From: Eledone cirrhosa
Taxonomy: Eukaryota
Length of the DNA stretch: 64,000 bases
Assembly: GCA_964016885.1 (NCBI GenBank)
Contig: OZ024754.1
Span: forward strand, 21,018,001-21,082,000
Reading direction: 5' to 3'
Every line of letters starts with the position of its first letter. Within the stretch, counting starts at the first letter, position 1. A model generated the notes under the pieces. The model was not told the origin of the DNA. It worked only from the letters and a program-made list of their open reading frames with translations, and made no database searches. Positions 45,601 through 58,800 of this stretch are shown piece by piece. Made by a program: the position numbers and the translations under genes.

Positions 45601-48600
45601 AGGGACTCCCTCCCATATTACCCTTGGTATTAACATAGACTCCCTCCCATATTACCCTTGGTATTAACATAGACTCCCTCCCATATTACCCTTGGTACTA
45701 ACATAGACTCCCTCCCATATTACCCTTGGTATTAACATGCACTCCCTCCCATATTAGACTTGGTATTAACATAGGGACTCCCTCCCATATTTCCCTTGGT
45801 ATTAATATAGACTCCCTCCCAAATTACCCTTGGTATTAACATAGACTCCCTCCCATATTACCCTTGGTACTAACATAGATTCCCTCCCATATTACCCTTG
45901 GTATTAACATGCACTCCCTTCTATATTAGTCGTGGTATTAAAATAGGGACTCGCTCCCATATTACCCTTGGTATTAACATAGGGCCTCCCTCCCATATTA
46001 GACTTGGTATTAACATAGACTTCCTCCCATATTAGACTTGGTATTAACATAGACTCCCTCCCATATTACCCTTGGTATTAACATAGGGACAGCCTCCCAT
46101 ATTTCCCTTGGTATTAACATAGGGACTCCCTCCCATATTACCCTTGGTATTAACATAGACTCCATCCCATATTACCCTTGGTATTAACATAGACTCCCTC
46201 CCATATTAGCCTTCGTATTAACATAGGGACTCCCTCCCATATTACCCTTGGTATTAACATAGGGACTCCCTCCCATATTAGACTTGGTATTAACATAGAC
46301 TCCCTCCCATATTACCCTTGGTATTATCATAGGGACTTCCTCCCATATTAGACTTGGTATTAACATAGACTCCCTCCCACATTACCCTTTTTAGTATCAT
46401 AGGGACTCCCTCCCATATTACCCTTGGTATTAACATAGACTCTCTCCCATATTACCCTTGGTATTAACATAGACTCCCTCCCATATTACCCTTGGTATTA
46501 ACATAGACTCCCTCCCATATTACCCTTGGTATTAACATAGACTCCCTGCCATATTATCCTTTGTATTAACATAGACTCCCTCCCATATTACCCTTGGTAT
46601 TAACATAGACTCCCTTCCATATTACCCTTGGTATTAACATAGACACCCTCCCATATTACATTTGGTATTATAATAGAGACACCCTCCCATATTACCCTTG
46701 GTATTAACATAGACTCCCTCCCATATTACCCTTGGTATTAACATAGACTCCCTCCCATATTAGCCTTGGTATTAACATAGGGACACCCTCCTATATTACC
46801 CTTAGTATTAACATAGAATCCCTCCCATATTACCCTTGGTATTAACATAGACTCCCTCCCATGTTAGCCTTGGTATTAACATAGACTCCCTCCCATATTA
46901 GCCTTGGTATTAACATAGACTCCCTCCCATATTACCCTTGGTACTAACATAGACTCCCTCCCATATTACCCTTGGTATTAACATTGGGACTCCCTCCTAA
47001 ATTAGACTTGGTATTAACATAGACTCCCTCCCATATTAGACTTGGTATTAACATAGGGACTCCCTCCCATATTAGATTTGGTATTAACATAGACTCCCTC
47101 CCATATTAGACTTGGTATTAACATAGGGACTCCCTCCCATATTACCCTTGGTATTAACATAGAGACACCCTCCCATATTACCCTTGGTATTAACATTGGG
47201 ACTCCCTCCTAAAGTAGACTTGGTATTAAGATAGACTGCCTCCCATATTACCCTTGGTATTAACATAGGGACTCCCTCCCATATTACCTTTGGTATTAAC
47301 ATAGACTCCCTCCCATATTAGACTTGGTATTAATATAGAGACTCCCTCCCATATTACCCTTGGTATTAACATAGACTCCCTCCGATATTAGACTTGGTAT
47401 TTATATAGAGACTCCCTCCCATATTACCCTTGGTATTATCATAGACTACCTCGCATATTACCCTTGGTATTAATATAGAGACTCCCTCCCATATTACTCT
47501 TGGTATTAACATAGACTCCCTCCCATATTAGACTTGGTATTAATATAGAGACTCCCTCCCATATTACCCTTGGTATTAACATAGACTCCCTCCCATATTA
47601 CCCTTGGTATTAACATAGACTCCCTCACATATTACCCTTGGTATAAACATAGACTCCCTCCCATATTACCCTTGGTATTAACATAGACTCCCTCCCATAT
47701 TAGCCTTCGTATTAACATAGGGACTCCCTCCCATATTACCCTTGGTATTAACATAGGGACTCCCTCCCATATTAGACTTGGTATTAACATAGACTCCCTC
47801 CCATATTACCCTTGGTATTATCATAGGGACTCCCTCCCATATTAGACTTGGTATTAACATAGACTCCCTCCCACATTACCCTTTTTAGTATCATAGGGAC
47901 TCCCTCCCATATTACCCTTGGTATTAACATAGACTCTCTCCCATATTACCCTTGGTATTAACATAGACTCCCTCCCATATTACCCTTGGTATTAACATAG
48001 ACTCCCTCCCATATTAACCTTGGTATTAACATAGGGACTCCCTCCTATATTACCCTTAGTATTAACATAGACTCCCTCCCATATTACCCTTGGTATTAAC
48101 ATAGACTCCCTGCCATATTATCCTTTGTATTAACATAGACTCCCTCCCATATTACCCTTGGTATTAACATAGACTCCCTTCCATATTACCCTTGGTATTA
48201 ACATAGACACCCTCCCATATTACATTTGGTATTATGATAGGGACACCCTCCCATATTACCCTTGGTATTAACATAGACTCCCTCCCATATTACCCTTGGT
48301 ATTAACATAGACTCCCTCCCATATTAGCCTTGGTATTAACATAGGGACACCCTCCTATATTACCCTTAGTATTAACATAGAATCCCTCCCATATTACCCT
48401 TGGTATTAACATAGACTCCCTCCCATGTTAGCCTTGGTATTAACATAGACTCCCTCCCATATTAGCCTTGGTATTAACATAGACTCCCTCCCATATTACC
48501 CTTGGTACTAACATAGACTCCCTCCCATATTACCCTTGGTATTAACATTGGGACTCCCTCCTAAATTAGACTTGGTATTAACATAGACTCCCTCCCATAT

Positions 48601-50200
48601 TAGACTTGGTATTAACATAGGGACTCCCTCCCATATTAGATTTGGTATTAACATAGACTCCCTCCCATATTAGACTTGGTATTAACATAGGGACTCCCTC
48701 CCATATTACCCTTGGTATTAACATAGAGACACCCTCCCATATTACCCTTGGTATTAACATTGGGACTCCCTCCTAAAGTAGACTTGGTATTAAGATAGAC
48801 TGCCTCCCATATTACCCTTGGTATTAACATAGGGACTCCCTCCCATATTACCTTTGGTATTAACATAGACTCCCTCCCATATTAGACTTGGTATTAATAT
48901 AGAGACTCCCTCCCATATTACCCTTGGTATTAACATAGACTCCCTCCGATATTAGACTTGGTATTAATATAGAGACTCCCTCCCATATTACCCTTGGTAT
49001 TATCATAGACTACCTCGCATATTACCCTTGGTATTAATATAGAGACTCCCTCCCATATTACTCTTGGTATTAACATAGACTCCCTCCCATATTAGACTTG
49101 GTATTAATATAGAGACTCCCTCCCATATTACCCTTGGTATTAACATAGACTCCCTCCCATATTACCCTTGGTATTAACATAGACTCCCTCACATATTACC
49201 CTTGGTATAAACATAGACTCCCTCCCATATTACCGTTGGTATTAACATAGGGACTCCCTCCCATATTAGCCTTGGTATTAACATAGGGACTCCATCCCAT
49301 ATTAGCTTTGGTATTAACATAGACTCCCTCCCATATTACCCTTGGTATTAACATAGACTCCCTCCCATATTACCCTTGGTATTAACATAGGGACTCCCTC
49401 CCATATTTCCCTTGGTATTAACATAGGGACTCCCTCCCATATTACCCTTGGTATTAACATAGACTCCATCCCATATTACCCTTGGTATTAACATAGGGAC
49501 TCCCTCCCATATTAGACTTGGTATTAACATAGACTCCCTCCCATATTACCCTTGGTATTATCATAGGGACTCCCTCCCATATTACCCTTGGTATTAACAT
49601 AGACACCCTTCCATATTACCCTTGGTATTAACATAGACACCCTCCCATATTACCTTTGGTATTATGATAGGAATACCCTCCCATATTACCCTTGGTATTA
49701 ACATAGACTCCCTCCCATATTACCCTTGGTATTAACATAGACTCCCTCCCATATTAGCCTTGGTATTAACATAGGGACTCCCTCCTATATTACCCTTAGT
49801 ATTAACATAGACTCCCTCCCATATTACCCTTGGTATTAACATAGACTCCCTCCCATGTTAGCCTTGGTATTAACATAGACTCCCTCCCATATTACCCTTG
49901 GTATGAACATTGGGACACCCTCCTAAATTAGACTTGGTATTAACATAGACTCCCTCCCATATTACCCTTGGTATTAACATGCACTCCCTTCTATATCAGA
50001 CGTGGTATTAACATAGGGACTCCCTCCCATATTAGACTTGGTATTAACATAGACTCCCTCCCATATTAGCCTTGGTATTAACATAGGGACTCCCTCTCAT
50101 ATTAGACTTGGTATTAACATAGACTCCCTCCCATATTAGACTTGGTATTAATATAGCGACTCCCTCCCATATTACCCTTGGTATTAACATAGACTCCCTC
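30578..50200. repeat. Homogeneous higher-order repeat domain: ~3553-bp unit and deletion derivatives (1564, 2680, 2298, 3413 bp)
   Basis: Marker GGTATAAACATAG at 30578, 34131, 35695, 39249, 44227, 47640 and 49204. An identical pseudo-ORF starts at 33575, 35139, 38693, 41373, 43671, 47084 and 48648 (spacings 1564, 3554, 2680, 2298, 3413, 1564). Confidence 0.9.
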
Positions 50201-53200
50201 CCATATTAGACTTGGTATTAATATAGAGACTCCCTCCCATATTACCCTTGGTATTAACATAGACTCCCTCCCATATTACCCTTGGTATTAACATAGGGAC
50301 TCCCTCCCATATTACCCTTGGTATTAACATAGAGACACCCCCCCCCATATTACCCTTGGTATTAACATAGACTCCAACCCATATTTCCCTTGGTATTAAC
50401 ATAGGGACTCCCTCCCATATTACCCTTGGTATTAACATAGACTCCCTCCCATATTAGCCTTCGTATTAACATAGGGACTCCCTCCCATATTACCCTTGGT
50501 ATTAACATAGGGACTCCCTCCCATATTAGACTTGGTATTAACATAGACTCCCTCCCATATTACACTTGGTATTATCATAGGGACTCCCTCCCATATTACC
50601 CTTGGTATTAACATAGACTCCCTCCCATATTTCCCTTGGTATTAACATTGACTCCCTCCCATATTACCCTTGGTACTAACATAGACTCCCTCCCATATTA
50701 CCCTTGGTATTAACATGCACTCCCTCCCATATTAGACTTGGTATTAACATAGGGACTCCCTCCCATATTTCCCTTGGTATTAACATAGACTCCCTCACAA
50801 ATTACCCTTGGTATTAACATAGAGTCCCTCCCATATTACCCTTGCTACTAACATAGACTCCCTCCCATATTACCCTTGGTATTAACATAGGGACTCCCTC
50901 CTATATTAGACTTGGTATTAACATAGATTCCCTCCCATATTACCCTTGGTATTAACATGCACTCCCTTCTATATTAGTCGTGGTATTAAAATAGGGACTC
51001 GCTCCCATATTACCCTTGGTATTAACATAGGGCCTCCCTCCCATATTAGACTTGGTATTAACAAAGACTTCCTCCCATATTAGACTTGGTATTAACATAG
51101 ACTCCCTCCCATATTACCCTTGGTATTAACATAGGGACTCCCTCCCATATTTCCCTTGGTATTAACATAGGGACTCCCTCCCATATTACCCTTGGTATTA
51201 ACATAGACTCCATCCCATATTACCCTTGGTATTAACATAGACTCCCTCCCATATTAGCCTTCGTATTAACATAGGGACTCCCTCCCATATTAGACTTGGT
51301 ATTAACATAGACTCCCTCCCATATTACCCTTGGTATTATCATAGGGACTCCCTCCCATATTACCCTTGGTATTAACATAGACTCCCTTCCATATTACCCT
51401 TGGTATTAACATAGACACCCTCCCATATTACCTTTGGTATTATGATAGGGACTCCCTCCTATATTACCCTTAGTATTAACATAGACTCCCTCCCATATTA
51501 CCCTTGGTATTAACATAGACACCCTCCCATGTTAGCCTTGGTATTAACATAGACTCCCTCCCATATTACCCTTGGTATGAACATTGGGACTCCCTCCTAA
51601 ATTAGACTTGGTATTAACATAGACTCCCTCCCATATTACCCTTGGTATTAACATGCACTCCCTTCTATATCAGACGTGGTATTAACATAGGGACTCCCTC
51701 CCATATTAGCCTTGGTATTAACATAGGGACTCCCTCTCATATTAGACTTGGTATTAACATAGACTCCCTCCCATATTAGACTTGGTATTAACATAGGGAC
51801 TCCCTCCCATATTACCCTTGGTATTAACATAGGGACTCCCTCACATATTACCCTCGGTATTAACATAGAGACACCCTCCCATATTACCCTTGGTATTAAC
51901 GTTGGGACTCCCTCCTAAAGTAGACTTGGTATTAACATAGACTGCCTCCCATATTACCCTTGGTATTAACATAGGGACTCCCTCCCATATTACACTTGGT
52001 ATTAATATAGAGACTCCCTCCCATATTACCGTGGTATTAACATAGACTCCCTCCCATATTAGAATTGGTATTAATATAGAGACTCCCTCCCATATTACCC
52101 TTGGTTTTAACATAGACTCCCTCCCATATTAGACTTGGTATTAATATAGAGACTCCCTCCCATATTACCCTTGGTATTAACATAGACTACCTCGCATATT
52201 ACCCTTGGTATTAATATAGAGACTCCCTCCCATATTACCCTTGGTATTAACATAGACTCCCTCCCATATTACCCTTGGTATTAACATAGGGACTCCCTCC
52301 CATGTTAGCCTTGGTATTGACATAGAGACCCCCCCCCCATTTTACCCTTGGTATTAACATAGACTCCCTCCCATATTACCCTTGGTATTAACATAGACTC
52401 CCTCACATATTACCCTTGGTATTAACATAGACTCCCTCCCATATTACCCTTGGTATTAATATAGGGACTCCCTCCCATATTAGCCTTGGTATTAACATAG
52501 GGACTCCCTCCCATATTAGCCTTGGTATTAACATAGACTCCATCCCATATTACCCTTGGTATTAACATAGACTCCCTCCCATATTACCCTTGGTACAAAC
52601 ATAGACTCCCTCCCATATTACCCTTGGTATTAACATAGGGACTCCCTCCTATATTAGACTTGGTATTAACATAGATTCTCTCCCATATTACCCTTGGTAT
52701 TAACATGCAATCCCTTCTATATTAGTCGTGGTATTAAAATAGGGACTCGCTCCCATATTACCCTTGGTATTAACATAGGGCCTCCCTCCCATATTAGACT
52801 TGGTATTAACATGGACTCCCTCCCATATTAGACTTGGTATTAACATAGACTCCCTCACATATTACCCTTGGTATTAACATAGGGACTCCCTCACATATTA
52901 CCCTTGGTATTAACATAGGGACTCCCTCCCATATTAGCCTTGGTATTAACATAGACTCCCTCCCATATTTCCCTTGGTGTTGACATAGACTCCCTCCCAT
53001 ATTACCCTTGGTATTAACATAGGGACTCCCTCCCATATTTCCCTTGGTATTAACATAGGGACTCCCTCCCATATTACCCTTGGTATTAACATAGACTCCA
53101 TCCCATATTACCCTTGGTATTAACATAGACTCCCTCCTATATTAGCCTTCGTATTAACATAGGGACTCCCTCCCATATTACCCTTGGTATTAACATAGGG

Positions 53201-55899
53201 ACTCCCTCCCATATTAGACTTGGTATTAACATAGACTCCCTCCCATATTACCCTTGGTATTATCATAGGGACTCCCTCCCATATTACCCTTGGTATTAAC
53301 ATAGACTCCCTTCCATATTACCGTTGGTATTATTATAGGGACTCCCTCCCATATTAGACTTGGTATTAACATAGACTCCACTCATATTACCCTTGGTATT
53401 ATCATAGGGACTCCCTCCCATATTATCCTTGGTATTAACATAGACTCCCTTCCATATGACCCTTGGTATTAACATAGATACCCTCCCATATTACCTTTGG
53501 TATTATGATAGGAACATCCTCCCATATTACCCGTAGTATTAACATAGACTCCCTCCCATATTACCCTTGGTATTAACATAGACTCCCTCCCATATTAGCC
53601 TTGGTATTAACATAGGGACTCCCTTCTATATAACCCTTAGTATTAACATAGACTCCCTCCCATATTACCCTTGGTATTAACATAGACTCCCTCCCATGTT
53701 AGCCTTGGTATTAACATAGGGACTCCCTCCCATATTACCCTTGCTATTAACATAGAGCCCCCCCCCCATCTTACTTTTGGTATTAACATAGACTCCCTCC
53801 CATATTTCCCTTGGTATTAACATAGGGACTCCCTCCCATATTACCCTTGGTATTAACATAGACTCCCTCCCATATTACCCTTGGTATCAACATAGACTCC
53901 CTCCCATATTACCCTTGGTATTAACATACACTCCCTCCCATATTACCCTTGGTACTAACATAGACTCCCTCCCATATTACCCTTGGTATTAACATGCACT
54001 CCCTCCCATATTAGACTTGGTATTAACATAGGGACTCCCTCCCATATTTCCCTTGGTATTAACATAGACTCCCTCCCATATTAACCTTGGTATTAACATA
54101 GACTACCTCCCATATTACCCTTGGTATTAACATAGACTCCCTCCCAAATTACCCTTGGTATTAACATAGACTCCCTACCATATTAGCCTTGGTATTAACA
54201 TAGACTCCCTCCCATATTAACCTTGGTATTAACATAGGGACTCCCTCCTATATTAGACTTGGTATTAACATAGATTCCCTCCCATATTACCCTTGGTATT
54301 AACATGCACTCCCTTCTATATTAGTCGTGGTATTAAAGTAGGGACTCGCTCCCATATTACCCTTGGTATTAACATAGGGCCTCCCTCCCATATTAGACTT
54401 GCTATTAGCATAGACTCCCTCCCATATTAGACTTGGTATTAACATAGACTCCCTCCCATATTACCTTTGGTATTAACATAGGGACTCCCTCCCATACTTC
54501 CCTTGGTATTAACATAGACTCCATCCCATATTACCCTTGGTATTAACATAGACTCTCTCCCATATTAGCCTTCGTATTAACATAGGGACTCCCTCCCATA
54601 TTACCCTTGGTATTAACATAGGGACTCCCTCCCATATTAGACTTGGTATTAACATAGACTCCCTCCCATATTACCCTTGGTATTATCATAGGGACTCCCT
54701 CCCATATTACCCTTGGTATTAACATAGACTCCCTTCCATATTACCCTTTGTATTAACATAGACTCCCTCCCATATTAGCCTTGGTATTAACATAGGGACT
54801 CCCTCCTCTATTACCCTTAGTATTAACATAGACTCCCTCCCATATTACCCTTGGTATTAACATAGACTCCCTCCCATGTTAGCCTTGGTATTAACATAGA
54901 CTCCCTCCCATATTACCCTTGGTATGAACGTTGGGACTCCCTCCTAAATTAGACTTGGTATTAACATAGACTCCCTCCCATATTACCCTTGGTATTAACA
55001 TGCACTCCCTTCTATATCAGACGTGGTATTAACATAGGGACTCCCTCCCATATTAGCCTTGGTATTAACATAGGGACTCCCTCTCATATTAGACTTGGTA
55101 TTAACATAGACTCCCTCCCATATTAGACTTGGTATTAACATAGGGACTCCCTCCCATATTACCCTTGGTATTAACATAGGGACTCCCTCACATATTACCC
55201 TTGGTATTAACATAGAGACACCCTCCCATATTACCCTTGGTATTAAAATTGGGACTCCCTCCTAAAGTAGACTTGGTATTAACATAGACTGCCTCCCATA
55301 TTACCCTTGGTATTAACATAGGGACTCCCTCCCATATTACACTTGGTATTAATATAGAGACTCCCTCCCATATTACTCTTGGTATTAACATAGACTCCCT
55401 CCCATATTAGAATTGGTATTAATATAGAGACTCCCTCCCATATTACCCTTGGTATTAACATAGATTCCCTCCCATATTAGACTTGGTATTAATATAGAGA
55501 CTCCCTCCCATATTACCCTTGGTATTAACATAGACTACCTCGCATATTATCCTTGGTATTAATATAGAGACTCCCTCCCATATTACCCTTGGTATTAACA
55601 TAGACTCCCTCCCATATTAGACTTGGTATTAATATAGAGACTCCCTCCCATATTACCCTTGGTATTAACATAGACTCCCTCCCATCTTACCCTTGGTATT
55701 AACATAGGGACTCCCTCCCATATTACCCTTGGTATTAACATAGAGACCCCCCCCCCATATTAGACTTGGTATTAATATAGAGACTCCCTCCCATATTACC
55801 CTTGGTATTAACATAGACTCCCTCCCATATTAGCCTTCGTATTAACATAGGGACTACCTCCCATATTATCCTTGGTATTAACATAGGGACTCCCTCCCA

Positions 55900-58800
55900 T
55901 ATTAGACTTGGTATTAACATAGACTCCCTCCCATATTACCCTTGAAATTATCATAGGGACTCCCTCCCATATTACCCTTGGTATTAACATAGACTCCCTC
56001 CCATATTACCCTTGGTATTAACATAGACTCCCTCCCATATTACCCTTGGTACTAACATAGACTCCCTCCCATATTACCCTTGGTATTAACATAGACTCCC
56101 TCCCATATTACCCTTGGTATTAACATAGACTCCCTCCCATATTAGCCTTGGTATTAACATAGGGACTCTCTCCTATATTACCCTTAGTATTAACATAGAC
56201 TCCCTCCCATATTACCCTTGGTATTAACATAGACTCCCTCCCATGTTAGCCTTGGTATTAACATAGACTCCCTCCCATATAAGCCTTGGTATTAACATAG
56301 ACTCCCTTCCATATTACCCTTGGTATGAACATTGGGACTCCCTCCTAAATTAGACTTGGTATTAACATAGACTCCCTCCCATATTACCCTTGGTATTAAC
56401 ATGCACTCCCTTCTATATCAGACGTGGTATTAACATAGGGACTCCCTCCCATATTAGCCTTGGTATTAACATAGGGACTCCCTCTCATATTAGACTTGGT
56501 ATTAACATAGACTCCCTCCCATATTACCCTTGGTATCATCATAGGGACTCCCTCCCATATTACCCTTGGTATTAACATAGAGACACCCTCCCATATTACC
56601 CTTGGTATTAACATAGACTGCCTCCTATATTACCTTTGGTATTATGATAGGGAGACCCTCCCATATTACCCTTGGTATTAACATAGACTCCCTCCCATAT
56701 TACCCTTGGTATTAACATAGACTCCCTCCCATATTAGCCTTGGTTTTAACATAGGGACTCCCTCCTATATTACCCTTAGTATTAACATAGACTCCCTCCC
56801 ATATTACCCTTGGTATTAACATAGACTCCCTCCCATGTTAGCCTTGGTATTAACATAGACTCCCTCCCATATTAGCCTTGGTATTAACATAGACTCCCTC
56901 CCATATTACCCTTGGTATGAACATTGGGACTCCCTCCTAAATAAGACTTGGTATTAACATAGACTCCCTCCCATATTACCCTCGGTATTAACATGCACTC
57001 CCTTCTATATCAGACGTGGTATTAACATAGGGACTCCCTCCCATATTAGCCTTGGTATTAACATAGGGACTCCCTCACATATTACCCTTGGTATTAACAT
57101 AGGGACTCCCTCCCATATTACACTTGGTATTAATATAGACTCCCTCCCATATTACCCTTGGTATTAACATAGACTCCCTCCCATATTAGAATTGGTATTA
57201 ATATAGAGACTCCCTCCCATATTACCCTTGGTATTAACATAGACTCCCTCCCATATTAGACTTGGTATTAATATAGAGACTCCCTCCCATACTACCCTTG
57301 GTATTAACATAGACTACCTCGCATATTACCCTTGGTATTAATATAGAGACTCCCTCCCATATTACCCTTGGTATTAACATAGACTCCCTCCCATATTAGA
57401 CTTGGTATTAATATAGAGACTCCCTCCCATATTACCCTTGGTATTAACATAGACTACCTCCCATATTACCCTTGGTATGAACATAGGGACTCCCTCCCAT
57501 ATTACCCTTGGTATTAACATAGAGACCCCCCCCCATATTACCCTTGGTATTAACATAGAGACCCCCCCATATTACCCTTGGTATTAACATAGACTCCCTC
57601 CCATATTACCCTTTGTATTAACATAGACTCCCTCACATATTACCCTTGGTATTAACATAGACTCCCTCCCATATTACCGTTGGTATTAATATAGGGACTC
57701 CCTCCCATATTAGCCTTGGTATTAACATAGGGACTCCCTCCCATATTAGACTTGGTATTAACATAGACTCCCTCCCATATTACCCTTGGTATTATCATAG
57801 GGACTCCCTCCCATATTACCCTTGGTATTAACATAGACTCCCTCCCATATTACCCTTGGTTTTAACATAGACACCCTCCCATATTACCTTTGGTATTATG
57901 ATAGGGACACCCTCCCATATTACCCTTGGTATTAACATAGACTCCCTCCCATATTACCCTTGGTATTAACATAGACTCCCTCCCATATTGGCCTTGGTAT
58001 TAACATAGGGACTCCCTCCTATATTACCCTTAGTATTAACATAGACTCCCTCCCATATTACCCTTGGTATTAACATAGACTCCCTCCCATGTTAGCCTTG
58101 GTATTAACATAGACTCCCTCCCATATTACCCTTGGTATGAACATTGGGACTCCCTCCTAAATTAGACTTGGTATTAACATAGTCTCCCTCCCATATTACC
58201 CTTGGTATTAACATGCACTCCCTTCTATATCAGACGTGGTATTAACATAGGGACTCCCTCCCATATTAGCCTTGGTATTAACATAGGGACTCCCTCTCAT
58301 ATTAGACTTGGTATTAACATAGACTCCCTCCCATATTAGACTTGGTATTAACATAGGGACTCCCTCCCATATTACCCTTGGTATTAACATAGGGACTCCC
58401 TCACATATTACCCTTGGTATTAACATAGAGACACCCTCCCATATTACCCTTGGTATTAACATTGGGACTTCCTCCTAAAGTAGACTTGGTATTAACATAG
58501 ACTGCCTCCCATATTACCCTTGGTATTAACATAAGGACTCCCTCCCATATTACACTTGGTATTAATATAGAGACTCCCTCCCATATTACCCTTGGTATTA
58601 ACATAGACTCCCTCCCATATTAGAATTGGTATTAACATAGATTCCCTCCCATATTAAACTTGGTATTAATATAGAGACTCCCTCCCATATTACCCTTGGT
58701 ATTAACATAGATTCCCTCCCATATTAGACTTGGTATTAATATAGAGACTCCCTCCCATATTACCCTTGGTATTAACATAGACTCCCTCCCATATTACCCT

